From a virus (lineage: Duplodnaviria; Heunggongvirae; Uroviricota; Caudoviricetes), in IMG/VR virus record IMGVR_UViG_3300021354_000001, positions 67 to 64,066 of that record: a stretch of DNA of 64,000 nt; one strand, written 5' to 3'. The notes beneath the pieces were generated by a model. It was not told the origin of the DNA, made no database searches, and saw only the letters and a program-made list of their open reading frames with translations. This document shows, piece after piece, positions 1 to 9,646 of the stretch. How positions within the stretch are numbered: the stretch's first letter is position 1; each line of letters begins with the position of its first letter. The translations under genes and the position numbers were made by a program.

Positions 1-494
1 GTTTCATACAAAAGGTCAATACTGTTTGTATCTTCTCCTTCGTACATCATATACTTACGTTCCATACCATCCTTTCTACATACGAAATAGAAGCTAGAAC
101 TATAAGCCAAAGGTGCTTTAAAACCTAAGCCCATCATACCAAGCTCTGTATTACTATTACGCTTAGTAGATTTACCATATTTGCTAATAATGTTCTTTAC
201 ATCATCAGCATCAAGACCAATACCAAAATCCTCAACAGCAAACTCGAATGTGTCTGCTTTTATGTTTCTCTTAAAGGAAACAATGATAGGTTTGTCACAT
301 CCAGATCTTCTATGACTATCCAGTGCATTACTTGCACACTCACGAATAGTAGATCCTATTGCATCAGAATATAAATTCTTACTTAACATCTGCATCAAAA
401 CTTGTGCAGAATCTAAGTCTAGTGACATCCCAATTGTGTCTTGGGAACTTCCTTCTTGTAAAATGTGTGCTTCTGTTTGTTTTTCTAAGATCAT
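1..494 (-). CDS. rIIA-like GHKL (HATPase_c) ATPase. The N-terminal portion lies in the window, with ATG at 494; the C-terminus runs off the left edge
   Basis: Translation MILEKQTEAH...KNLYSDAIGSTIRECASNALDSH...VEDFGIGLDADD aligns by eye with the T4 rIIA N-terminus ([21 protein letters not shown]...RDFGPGM). The GHKL N-box and G1-box are present. Confidence 0.55.
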   Translation of the reverse strand, partial: MILEKQTEAHILQEGSSQDTIGMSLDLDSAQVLMQMLSKNLYSDAIGSTIRECASNALDSHRRSGCDKPIIVSFKRNIKADTFEFAVEDFGIGLDADDVKNIISKYGKSTKRNSNTELGMMGLGFKAPLAYSSSFYFVCRKDGMERKYMMYEGEDTNSIDLLYE

Positions 495-497
495 GTT

Positions 498-857
498 TTA
501 ATAATTTACTGTGATTCCAAATTGTTCTAATATTCTCTTTGATTCTTCTATGTTTGTTAAGTCTTCTATATTTGTTATATTGTTCTTATATAATTTCATA
601 AATCTCCATGCAGATGGGCTATTAACATAACTTTTCCATATATGGTTAAGTTTGAAAGGTCCTACTTTTTCTGCACCTAAACTTTTTGTTCTTTCATTAT
701 ATCTATATTCGCAACTAGAAGCTGATTTTATACTATAATATTGAACTGTACCTGATTTTCCTCTTCCATAATATATACCAAGTTCCAGTTGATTATAACC
801 GCAAACAGCAATTAAATCACCTCTTTGTAAATCATCTCCGTTTCTAACTGTGTACAT
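498..857 (-). CDS. hypothetical protein
   Basis: 119 aa ORF co-oriented with its neighbours and tightly packed against them. Confidence 0.5.
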   Translation of the reverse strand: MYTVRNGDDLQRGDLIAVCGYNQLELGIYYGRGKSGTVQYYSIKSASSCEYRYNERTKSLGAEKVGPFKLNHIWKSYVNSPSAWRFMKLYKNNITNIEDLTNIEESKRILEQFGITVNY

Positions 858-1174
858 TAGTCTATAGTTTTAATTGTTTTAGATTCTCTTATTTCTATTT
901 TAGCATCTTGAATCATAGTTAATAATACTAATAGCTCTTGTGCTTGTGCATAGTCTAATTTTAACATCTTCTTCTTTCCTGATAACACTATTTCAATACC
1001 ATTACCATGATCTGATAATGATGCATTAGTCTCATCTGGATTACTCCATTCACTTGATTTTGAATAAAGTAATTGCATTTCAGTTGTAGAATCATTTGTT
1101 ATTAAATTATAATCATGATCTAAATCATCTGGATGATTAGTGTCATTGTTTACCCAAATTTGTAAATATCTCAT
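857..1174 (-). CDS. hypothetical protein
   Basis: 105 aa ORF whose start and stop overlap the flanking genes. Confidence 0.5.
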   Translation of the reverse strand: MRYLQIWVNNDTNHPDDLDHDYNLITNDSTTEMQLLYSKSSEWSNPDETNASLSDHGNGIEIVLSGKKKMLKLDYAQAQELLVLLTMIQDAKIEIRESKTIKTID

Positions 1175-1479
1175 ATTGATGTTTTTTTAATTAATAATAT
1201 ATCACTGTCATTTAAATTTTGATAGATAATCCTATTATGATCTTCTGCTCTAAGTACCCAACGCTTGCGAGCGTATGTTCTACTACCATAAACCATTTTA
1301 TAAGTTTCTTCTGCTGTAGAACATTTTACAGATTTATATAACACTCTAGTTGGATCACCCCAATGTTTTTTAGTGCTAACTTTTGGTTCAGTTAACACTC
1401 GCAGGTATTTAAACTTTGATAATGAACCAATCAATATCTCATCACCTTTTTCTAATTCTTCAACTTTTACTATTGTCAT
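1171..1479 (-). CDS. hypothetical protein
   Basis: 102 aa ORF with a 4-nt overlap onto the next gene. Confidence 0.5.
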   Translation of the reverse strand: MTIVKVEELEKGDEILIGSLSKFKYLRVLTEPKVSTKKHWGDPTRVLYKSVKCSTAEETYKMVYGSRTYARKRWVLRAEDHNRIIYQNLNDSDILLIKKTSI

Positions 1480-1488
1480 AAACTTGTT

Positions 1489-2208
1489 TTAAAATGGAGC
1501 ATCTTCTAGCATCCAATTGATTTTAAAATTGTTATTGTCTTTTAATATCTTGTTCACTTTTGTGAACACACCTTCTGTTTTCCACTCATCTTGTTTATAT
1601 GCAGCACTAGCTGGATGACTTATAGGAAATGACCAAGAGAATGGTGAAGCATATTTCTCATATTTAGCTGCTTCTTTACCTAGATATATAATAGGTACAC
1701 CTGTAACAGCTAATATCTCTTCAAACACATATTTGGTGAATGGTTCCCACAATGTCATATGACTACCTGCTTTATTAATCTCTGTAGTGAGAGCAGCGTT
1801 AAGCATTAATACACCCTGTTTAGCTAAATAACTTACATCAGGAAATTTATATGCTTTTAAATTCAATCCTCTATGCATTTCTCTTTCAATAGCATCATAA
1901 AACTGTTGAAGAGAAGGTTGTAGATAGTTTGTATTAGAGCAGCCCATCAATAAACCATCAGCAATAGGTTCACCATTCTTTAATGTGTGATAGGGACACA
2001 TACCTAACATCACCACTTTTAAATCATCTAATGAAGTTTCTTTAAAACACCTATAAACATTAGAGGAGAGAGGAGCAATAGTCTTGCCCCTCCCACTCTC
2101 TTTTTTTAGGAATTTATAGATTTCATCACATTCTTTGCTCTCAATAAACGGTTGCATCTTCACATGCCAAGATGGGTGAAAGAAGTCTTTAAATTTTTCC
2201 CAAGTCAT
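1489..2208 (-). CDS. uracil-DNA glycosylase family-1 homolog with an altered catalytic motif (GMCPYH where UNG has GQDPYH)
   Basis: It aligns by eye with human and E. coli UNG along the protein. The matches are VVMLGMCPYH against VVILGQDPYH, AKQGVLMLNAALT against AKQGVLLLNAVLT, SHPASA against HPSPLS, and a C-terminal INW against IDW. Confidence 0.7.
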   Translation of the reverse strand: MTWEKFKDFFHPSWHVKMQPFIESKECDEIYKFLKKESGRGKTIAPLSSNVYRCFKETSLDDLKVVMLGMCPYHTLKNGEPIADGLLMGCSNTNYLQPSLQQFYDAIEREMHRGLNLKAYKFPDVSYLAKQGVLMLNAALTTEINKAGSHMTLWEPFTKYVFEEILAVTGVPIIYLGKEAAKYEKYASPFSWSFPISHPASAAYKQDEWKTEGVFTKVNKILKDNNNFKINWMLEDAPF

Positions 2209-2209
2209 A

Positions 2210-3001
2210 TTAAAATAATGAAATTTGACTATGCATTAATTCTTCAAAGTTTACTTCTGGCATTGGTGCAAGTGTACCAGTGGGTACCATTGTGTAATCA
2301 GTGAAGAACTTATGAGCATCAATGTGACTGTCCATCCATAATGTAGGATGTACCTCTCTCATTGATTGTGTTGTAAATTGATATAGTTCCCAAAGACTAT
2401 CTGGAGCACCATAGTTATACGTAGGAGCTTTTAACTCTCTAGTGATGATGTTTAATTGTGTAGATGTAATGAATTGTTCTTCAATCATCATTCTACCAAT
2501 CAATTCAGCTTTAGTTCTACGTGTAAGTTCTATTTGCTTCATATCTTGTCTCTGTGTCTGCATCAATTGGAAAGAATCACCTGCTTGCTTTATATAATCT
2601 GTAATAGCCTGTGGTGTAAATTCTTGAATTCCTCCTTGATGCTTTTTCTTAAAAGCTCCATAATCTCCTGATACACAACCATTTTGACAAATGAATATAC
2701 GTGTACCAATAGCAAACTTTAATGTAAGCGTTTTATTATAGCTGTTCTGCCAGCCAATTTCTAATTGCATTTCACTATCAGCAACATTACTAATACTAAA
2801 TTTACCATTAGCAATTTGTCCATCAATAGCAGCTGAATATGTTTCCTTATCTAGTTTGAAACCAGCTTTCTCAATACCATTTAATGTTAGGTCTATTAAT
2901 TGACCATGTGTAACAGGCTTATATGTCCTTGTCTGTGCAGGAAGTGTAGCATTAAGCAATACACCCTTTGTTGTTGTGTAAGTTGTTTTACTCTGACTCA
3001 T
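2210..3001 (-). CDS. hypothetical protein, possibly a member of the DUF932-like family common in phages and plasmids
   Basis: 263 aa ORF. I did not recognise a catalytic motif with confidence. Confidence 0.45.
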   Translation of the reverse strand: MSQSKTTYTTTKGVLLNATLPAQTRTYKPVTHGQLIDLTLNGIEKAGFKLDKETYSAAIDGQIANGKFSISNVADSEMQLEIGWQNSYNKTLTLKFAIGTRIFICQNGCVSGDYGAFKKKHQGGIQEFTPQAITDYIKQAGDSFQLMQTQRQDMKQIELTRRTKAELIGRMMIEEQFITSTQLNIITRELKAPTYNYGAPDSLWELYQFTTQSMREVHPTLWMDSHIDAHKFFTDYTMVPTGTLAPMPEVNFEELMHSQISLF

Positions 3002-3160
3002 CGATTGTTAATTTAATTCTCTTGTTAAAAAATAAACCTAAAATTCCTTCTAAATTTTCTATACCTATGCATTCTATATCATCTTCATCTGATGTAGATA
3101 GCCATTCTATATTATCTTGAATAGCTTCTATCAAATCATCTAAATTGTTTTCTCTTTGTA

Positions 3161-4165
3161 TCATAAAATACCCTTTTGTTTTAATATTTGCTCAACTGTT
3201 TTCATACCATAAATCTTTGCAAGATCAGCCCAGTCTTTAATACCTTCTGTTAGATATTTCTTAGGAACATTACAATAGCCAAAATCAAACAGTTTTGTAA
3301 TCTGTTGACTATTTTGTACACCTGTAACATCACTATCGAAACTCAATATCTGTTGGTCACTGTTAGCTTTTAAATATTCTACATTCTCATGTGAGAAACA
3401 TCCAACACCTTCATTCTGAACAGCACAACTGCAGGGAAATATCTTCTTCATCACCATATAATCCTTCTTACTCTTATTAATGAATGCTATTTTACAATCT
3501 TCTACATCTTGTAAACCATCCATTGTTGTAATAGGAACATTATTAGGCATCCATTTACTCTTTTTATCAGCAAATGGTCTATATATCTTCCAGCTTGCAC
3601 CATACAGATAACCAAATCTTAATTCATTCTCTTTAAGAGGAAACTTAGACTTGTTTAGATAGAGTGTTTTAATAGAATATATGTTATTGTCTCTAAGATC
3701 TTGTATATCCTGATGATATTCAGCCCAATACGCTAATTCTTCTTGTGTAAACTTTCTGGTGGTAGCCTGGATTAAAGAATATCTCTTACCTATTTCTTGT
3801 GGTTGCTTGTATTCAGACACTATTTTCTTATAATCATCTGAATATACACCACTAGCAAATCCTAAGTTGAAATCTTTATCTATTAGCTTTAACACCTCAC
3901 TGTTATCACGAAGATTGAATAGTATTTGTACAAAGTTGAAACAATCACCACGTCTGCTTGTATCAGCAAAATCAATAAATGATAAATAACCAAGCTTATT
4001 ACCAATAACAAATGAAGGATTATTCTCTTTTCTGAATGGAGAATAAGTAACAACATTCAATTTCCAATCATGAGTGGGCATGTAATATCTAAATATATCA
4101 TATTCAGATATTCTACTAAGAATAGCATCCATGCTAAGCATAGTCTTTTTCACTCCTTTAATCAT
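3161..4165 (-). CDS. DnaG-type DNA primase (TOPRIM) with a degenerate N-terminal zinc ribbon
   Basis: YSPFRKENNPSF resembles the DnaG CPFHxEKTPSF zinc-binding segment but lacks the Cys and His ligands. ILSFDSDVTG is a TOPRIM DxD motif. Confidence 0.5.
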   Translation of the reverse strand: MIKGVKKTMLSMDAILSRISEYDIFRYYMPTHDWKLNVVTYSPFRKENNPSFVIGNKLGYLSFIDFADTSRRGDCFNFVQILFNLRDNSEVLKLIDKDFNLGFASGVYSDDYKKIVSEYKQPQEIGKRYSLIQATTRKFTQEELAYWAEYHQDIQDLRDNNIYSIKTLYLNKSKFPLKENELRFGYLYGASWKIYRPFADKKSKWMPNNVPITTMDGLQDVEDCKIAFINKSKKDYMVMKKIFPCSCAVQNEGVGCFSHENVEYLKANSDQQILSFDSDVTGVQNSQQITKLFDFGYCNVPKKYLTEGIKDWADLAKIYGMKTVEQILKQKGIL

Positions 4166-4227
4166 AATACAGGTTTAATAAAAAAGCCCCACCAAGTTTG
4201 ATGAGGCTTTCTTATAATTTTTAATTA

Positions 4228-5106
4228 TTAAAAGTCAGCATCATCTTCAGCTATCACCTTATCCGAAGCTACTAGATTATCATCTGTATTATAGTCTTTA
4301 ATGTCCTTGAATGTATAATAGTCTCTACAACCATATTCACCAGTGACATTAATTACAAACCTTTCATGAGGCTTCAAATCTTTAGATTTCTTAGCACGCA
4401 ATGTTTTAAGAACATCTGTTCTGTTATAATCAATCAATCTGAATTGCTTAAGGTTATAAGCAGGTAAGAAAGCTTTGTTATAAACACCTTGATATTCTTT
4501 AACACCATCATCTTTCTCTACAGTTTTAACTGTTGCTAAAGCTAATGTGCTTGTACACCATTCTCCATCAATTTGACTCTTCAAATCTTTAACATTACCC
4601 TTCATTAACTTGCTCCAATCTAATTGTAGTGTAGATTCAGCATTTCTTAAATCAAGATTACCTAACCATGTGCGTAAGAAGTTATATAATTCTTCTTCTC
4701 CTACAAATGCTACACGATAGTCTCTATTAGAGAACCAGGTTGGTAAGTTGTTTGGATCATCAGCCCAAGAGCATTGACCAACATTGTTGATATACTGCTT
4801 CTTAGTACCATCTTTGTTCTCTTTCTCTTTGTTCTCTAAGAAGAATGTCACCTTAAGCTTATCCTTCTTTTTGATTTCTTCTAACCAGAAGTCTACACGC
4901 AAGGTTTTGTTACCACCTTCTTTACTAGTTCCTAAATACTCAACAGCTTTACTGTCTTCTTTAAGTTCCATACCTAGCAAGTCCTTATACTCTTCAGCAT
5001 CAGGATTAATTGCAATTACATTTGCTTCAAACAGTCCTACCTTCTTTACGAATTCTGTGTTTTCAAACTGCTGTTGTTCTCTTTTTACTCCTCCAATGTT
5101 ACTCAT
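4228..5106 (-). CDS. ssDNA-binding protein, T7 gp2.5-like
   Basis: 292 aa with an acidic C-terminal tail ending DDADF. A terminal aromatic residue after an acidic run is the hallmark of gp2.5-type SSBs. It sits between the primase and a recombination ATPase. Confidence 0.45.
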   Translation of the reverse strand: MSNIGGVKREQQQFENTEFVKKVGLFEANVIAINPDAEEYKDLLGMELKEDSKAVEYLGTSKEGGNKTLRVDFWLEEIKKKDKLKVTFFLENKEKENKDGTKKQYINNVGQCSWADDPNNLPTWFSNRDYRVAFVGEEELYNFLRTWLGNLDLRNAESTLQLDWSKLMKGNVKDLKSQIDGEWCTSTLALATVKTVEKDDGVKEYQGVYNKAFLPAYNLKQFRLIDYNRTDVLKTLRAKKSKDLKPHERFVINVTGEYGCRDYYTFKDIKDYNTDDNLVASDKVIAEDDADF

Positions 5107-5122
5107 TGTTTTCTAGTTTTTA

Positions 5123-5794
5123 TTATTTATAATAGGCATCTACAGAATCTACAATTGTCTGTAAATTATTTGGGATTTTAACCTCTGGAAACATTCCATC
5201 TGGACTCTTAGCTGGGTATTTCTTATATCTATTAGTTAATAGACTATATGTAGCTGAACCATCTTTGTTCTCATCAACATATGTGTACAAACACACAGTG
5301 AACAATCCCTCTAGAACAATCTGATTATCAATCAGCTTACCTGCTGTCTTAATCTTATATCCTATAATCTCTCCACCATCTTCAATAGTTTCAGGATGTG
5401 AGAAATAGAACACTTTTAAATCATCTCTCAATCTACGAGCTTCTCTGAACAAATCCACCATATCTCTAGCCATAATACTGAATTTAGTAAATCCAATCTC
5501 TGTAGCCTTAGAAACAATACTGAATCCCATAATGTAATTAGAGTCTTCAATAATGATGTTCTTGATGTGTGGTGCCTTATCAGAAATGTTCCTCAATAAA
5601 CGAGTGATTTCATTAGCATCATCAATTTCCTTGTAATTCTTGTTTTCAGCGTTATATAGCTTCTCAGAACCCTTAAACGGTAGTTCCTTTTTTGCTACAT
5701 TAATAATGTAGGTTTCTGTTGGATCTAGGTGTTTAATAGCAGTGGATTTACCAGTGCCTGTTTGACCTACAATCCCAATCAATTTGCTTGCCAT
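5123..5794 (-). CDS. P-loop ATPase, Sak4/RecA-like recombination or replication accessory ATPase
   Basis: Walker A motif GQTGTGKST lies at the N-terminus. The size of about 220 aa and the replication-module context fit. Confidence 0.45.
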   Translation of the reverse strand: MASKLIGIVGQTGTGKSTAIKHLDPTETYIINVAKKELPFKGSEKLYNAENKNYKEIDDANEITRLLRNISDKAPHIKNIIIEDSNYIMGFSIVSKATEIGFTKFSIMARDMVDLFREARRLRDDLKVFYFSHPETIEDGGEIIGYKIKTAGKLIDNQIVLEGLFTVCLYTYVDENKDGSATYSLLTNRYKKYPAKSPDGMFPEVKIPNNLQTIVDSVDAYYK

Positions 5795-5821
5795 AGTTAA
5801 ATATTTAGTTATTTTATGCTT

Positions 5822-6019
5822 CTAAGGTACATCAATTTCTTCAGATTTCAAAATAATTTTTGTATCTTTTTCATCATTTTTCCGTTGGTTTACTATTGTT
5901 TCATATAGCTTCTCAGCTGTCTCTCTATAACAAGAGCCTGAGATAAATTTACCATCTTGTATCACTGAGTAGAAAGTTTCATGTCCTACTTTTTTCTCTT
6001 CTATTAATTCAATTATCAT
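5822..6019 (-). CDS. hypothetical protein
   Basis: 65 aa ORF whose start overlaps the stop of the helicase gene. Confidence 0.4.
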   Translation of the reverse strand: MIIELIEEKKVGHETFYSVIQDGKFISGSCYRETAEKLYETIVNQRKNDEKDTKIILKSEEIDVP

Positions 6020-7098
6020 ACATATTTAATTTTACTTTTATCGAAAAACTCTAGTGCTTTCTTAAGCCACTTTATTTCCACTTCCTCATTAGAACAAATA
6101 ATGTATATATGGGCTTTTTTATCTGGAGTGTTATATTCCATAGCCATACATCTGTTTATCCTTTGAGCTAAATTCTCAGCATTGCTATCAAAGTAGTTGA
6201 TAATCACCCTGTTAAGTGGTTTATATGTAACACCTGTGTTACCTATCTTCACAACAGCTAAATGATTTCCTTTTCCTTCAGCAAACTCTGCAAACACATC
6301 TTTCTCAGTAGATTTACTATGATAGGATGGTATACCAAGATTGTCTGCTATTGCTGTTACACCACAGAAAACCAATATACGTTCATCTGTATGCTTTTGT
6401 AATAGCTCTCTAGTTGCTTGTAACTTAGCAAGACTGTTCTGGATGATTCTCATTCTAGCTAGTCTTAAGAACATTGTGTCCTTTCCTTGTGCCTGAACCT
6501 TGTTAATCACCCATCCATAAGCATCAAACTGTTGCTTTTCTGTCTTTAGTTTATCCTTGTAGTTAATCTTTATCTTATTATCTAATGGCACATGCTTTAT
6601 TGTGATTTGATAATCCACAATAACTCCTTCATTAATAGCCTGTTCTATAGGATATTCAGCTATTACAGGCAATTCTAGACGCTCTAATAGTTCTAGCTCT
6701 GTATCTCTAGCAAGAGTTCCTGTAAGCCCTAGAACATACATGTTTTCAAGCAGAAGCTCTTCTGCAGCATCTAGCTGTGCATCAGACAATAAATGTATCT
6801 CATCTATAATCACCAAATCAAACAACTTATCCTTGTATTTATGTAAAGATAGGTGTGTTGTATAGGTGATGTTTGGATTGTTATACTTTCTAGCAACAAA
6901 ATCATGTTCCCAAGATTCTTTAATTTTTACATCTGGATAAGCAATCAATATTGTAGCATGCTTATCAAGCTTTTGTAGGATGTTGATTGTTGTAAAGATT
7001 TTACCAAACCTTGGACATAGATTAAGAATACCAAACTTCTCTTTTAACCATACATCAGCAAATTCTGCTTGTCTCTGGTCTCTTATTGTATTACCCAT
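6016..7098 (-). CDS. SF2 (DEAD/DEAH-type) DNA helicase
   Basis: P-loop-like segment NLCPRFGKI, motif II in VIIDEIHLL, and SAT-like and arginine-finger regions are present. 360 aa. Confidence 0.55.
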   Translation of the reverse strand: MGNTIRDQRQAEFADVWLKEKFGILNLCPRFGKIFTTINILQKLDKHATILIAYPDVKIKESWEHDFVARKYNNPNITYTTHLSLHKYKDKLFDLVIIDEIHLLSDAQLDAAEELLLENMYVLGLTGTLARDTELELLERLELPVIAEYPIEQAINEGVIVDYQITIKHVPLDNKIKINYKDKLKTEKQQFDAYGWVINKVQAQGKDTMFLRLARMRIIQNSLAKLQATRELLQKHTDERILVFCGVTAIADNLGIPSYHSKSTEKDVFAEFAEGKGNHLAVVKIGNTGVTYKPLNRVIINYFDSNAENLAQRINRCMAMEYNTPDKKAHIYIICSNEEVEIKWLKKALEFFDKSKIKYV

Positions 7099-7336
7099 AA
7101 GCTATTGGTTTACCGTCTTTATCAAGAATTGTTATTACATTAAACTTTACATCATAACGAGAACAAATCTCAAAAAATAGATTTGATAAAGGATTAGCCC
7201 ACATTCTTATATATAGCTGAAACTCAGAATTTGATAAAAGTTTATGTTTATCACTATCATGATGTTCTAAATAATACTCATATAATATAGCATCATTATT
7301 TCTTGATCTATATGCTAAATATGTTTGCTTATCCAT
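7091..7336 (-). CDS. hypothetical protein
   Basis: 81 aa ORF. Confidence 0.4.
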   Translation of the reverse strand: MDKQTYLAYRSRNNDAILYEYYLEHHDSDKHKLLSNSEFQLYIRMWANPLSNLFFEICSRYDVKFNVITILDKDGKPIAYG

Positions 7337-7512
7337 GTTATGATATTATAAAAGTTAATGACCAAAATAGCCATTCAAAATTAACTGCTGTGTATGGATC
7401 ATTCTTCTGGATATTATTCATCATACTAATCGTTGGTAGAAACACTATCTGCCACCAATGATCCTTCTTACTAGGTAAGGTGTTATATACATTTGTTTTA
7501 ATATTCATATTA

Positions 7513-8577
7513 TTATTTTAAGAAAAAACTTTTATCTATTACTGAATCATAATCTTCTATCTCCATGTCTTTTTGCTTTTTGAGCTCTTTAAACATACCA
7601 ATTTGACCTAGGAAACCTAGACCAATACGTACATCATCTTCACCATAGCTATTCTTAATCAATCTAAGGCTTCTAAAATACTTAGCACCATAATGATCTG
7701 TAAGTTTTGTAAGGTCATATCCACTAGGATCTAACACCTTATATCTTATAGGATCAAACAGTGATAGTACAATATCAGCATCATTTTGTGTAGATGAGCT
7801 ATCAGCAAAATCTTCTAGCTGTGGTTCAACATCTCCATTCTTCTTTCTAATAGGATTACTAATGTCTCTATTGAACTGACTCACCACTACAGGACTATAT
7901 CCATAGAAATCTCTAGCATACCTAAGCTCATCACTCATTTTGTCAATAGCTGCTTTCTTAGTGGGCTGTGCTGTTGTAGTTTTTAATAGGCCAATATGAT
8001 CTATAACAATAATAGTTATTTCATTCTCATTATTGGGAATATAAACCTTATTGTATTTATCTAACTGTTCTATCCTACCATTCTCTAAAGCATGGTCTTT
8101 CAACTCTTTAGCAACTCCCACTGGGTTCTCTGGTCCACTGATGATTGTAACAACCTCTTTCATTTGTGCAGCATAATCTTCATACATTAAGAATAAATCA
8201 TGCTCATCTTTGGTCATTTTCTCAGTCCAACCTAATAATTTATTAACAGGAATGATTATTCCCTCATCTATGAAGATTTTTCTAGAGATCCATTTAGCTA
8301 ATTTATATGTTCCACTTCTCTCCATAGAACGATATATAACTCTAAGCTTAATATTTGTTGTATTAGCTTTGCTTATATACCAATCAAATGGATTAAGAAC
8401 ATATGCATCATCAATGAAGCTAGTCTTACCAGATCCTGTTAATCCACCAACCAGGGTGTACATGGACTTCCTGATACCTATATATCTATTAAGCCTGTTA
8501 AAGCCCATAGGGATACCATTATTGCGTCCATCAAGCCCTGCTTGCACTTCTGTGGCTAATCTCGCAAAATCTGTCAT
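7513..8577 (-). CDS. DnaB-like replicative DNA helicase (RecA-fold C-terminal domain)
   Basis: Walker A GGLTGSGKTSF, Walker B IIVIDHIGLL and the SQFNRD motif that is typical of DnaB and gp4 helicases. Confidence 0.6.
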   Translation of the reverse strand: MTDFARLATEVQAGLDGRNNGIPMGFNRLNRYIGIRKSMYTLVGGLTGSGKTSFIDDAYVLNPFDWYISKANTTNIKLRVIYRSMERSGTYKLAKWISRKIFIDEGIIIPVNKLLGWTEKMTKDEHDLFLMYEDYAAQMKEVVTIISGPENPVGVAKELKDHALENGRIEQLDKYNKVYIPNNENEITIIVIDHIGLLKTTTAQPTKKAAIDKMSDELRYARDFYGYSPVVVSQFNRDISNPIRKKNGDVEPQLEDFADSSSTQNDADIVLSLFDPIRYKVLDPSGYDLTKLTDHYGAKYFRSLRLIKNSYGEDDVRIGLGFLGQIGMFKELKKQKDMEIEDYDSVIDKSFFLK

Positions 8578-9335
8578 AATAATGTTATTTTTTTATTTTT
8601 TAAAGATGATGGATTTTTTAAATAATAAGTAATCATCGGAATTGAAACATTTAAAACATTTGAAAGCTCTGTTTGAGAATTATAAATAGTGTGAATACCT
8701 GTTTCTAAATCCAAAACATCTATTTTTTTCTTTACTCCCCAATGTGAATCAAAAGTTATAGGAACAGGATCATCATTTATTATATCTGTAAAAATATAAC
8801 CTTTAACTTGAGGTTTTTTTCTTGTTACTACAAGATGTATATGTCTTAATGATATATTAAGAATGTTTGCAGCTTCTGACATTGATTCAAAATTTTGAAC
8901 AAAACTTCCATCTAATTTAAAACATTTAATTTTTCTGCAATTAGCTACTTTTCCTCCTTTTTCATAAAAATCTTTAGCTTTTTTAGATGCATTTTTTTTC
9001 TGATCATCTGTAATTATTCTTTTAAATGCTCCATCAACATAATCTTCATTATTTGTAAGATTTCTTAAAAGTTTATATTTTTTAATTAATTCTTTTTCAA
9101 TTTTTAAAGCAGTTTCCCAACCACTAATAGATATTAGTTTTTTTATAATAGGTGAATATCCTTGAGAAAGTAATTTTTTTATCCAATTTATTTTATGAGT
9201 GCTCTTTTTTGAATACATAGTCTCAGTAACATGTTTATATAATCTTCTCTCTATAGATTGAGTAGTTATACCTATATATCTAACTTTACAAGTTAAAGGA
9301 TCTATGAGTACATAAAGTTTAATATTTTTTTTCAT
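8574..9335 (-). CDS. GIY-YIG homing endonuclease
   Basis: N-terminal LYVLIDP...VRYIGIT...RRLYKH is a GIY-YIG motif. C-terminal NUMOD-like DNA-binding repeats follow. The gene is very AT-rich. Confidence 0.7.
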   Translation of the reverse strand: MKKNIKLYVLIDPLTCKVRYIGITTQSIERRLYKHVTETMYSKKSTHKINWIKKLLSQGYSPIIKKLISISGWETALKIEKELIKKYKLLRNLTNNEDYVDGAFKRIITDDQKKNASKKAKDFYEKGGKVANCRKIKCFKLDGSFVQNFESMSEAANILNISLRHIHLVVTRKKPQVKGYIFTDIINDDPVPITFDSHWGVKKKIDVLDLETGIHTIYNSQTELSNVLNVSIPMITYYLKNPSSLKNKKITLL

Positions 9336-9442
9336 TTTATATATTTTTACAAAAATACAAAATAATTAAATATTAAAGTCAAAGTTGGATAAATTAACAA
9401 ATATTTAACTTGCTTGCACTTCATTTTTAAGGATTTCAAAAC

Positions 9443-9646
9443 TCATAGCTTTTCTATTTCTTGTTTAACTTCTTTCCAATATTCTATATTATAGGTTATT
9501 ATAACACGCATATGCCATATTACACTTAATATTTCATCTACTGCTATTAATGCACATTGTTGAGCATTATGAACATAAGGATAGTTAGTTCTGTCAGGTT
9601 GATTAAATCTATCAAATAATTCTTGTGCTTTTTCTTTTGGTGTCAT
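9443..9646 (-). CDS. hypothetical protein
   Basis: 67 aa ORF. Confidence 0.4.
   Translation of the reverse strand: MTPKEKAQELFDRFNQPDRTNYPYVHNAQQCALIAVDEILSVIWHMRVIITYNIEYWKEVKQEIEKL

Noticed and set aside
2456-2671. Plus-strand ORFs at 2456, 4784, 6980, 8210, 10161, 11407, 11513, 14478, 15855, 18965, 19633, 20053 and 21156 that lie inside minus-strand genes
   Set aside because: They sit antisense within longer co-oriented genes that have recognisable domains. Their composition is low-complexity and Leu/Ile/Phe-rich, as expected from AT-rich antisense frames.
4170-4215. Possible terminator after the SSB gene (aaaaagcccc...ggcttt)
   Set aside because: Only about 6 bp can pair and the loop is large. 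It is too weak to call.
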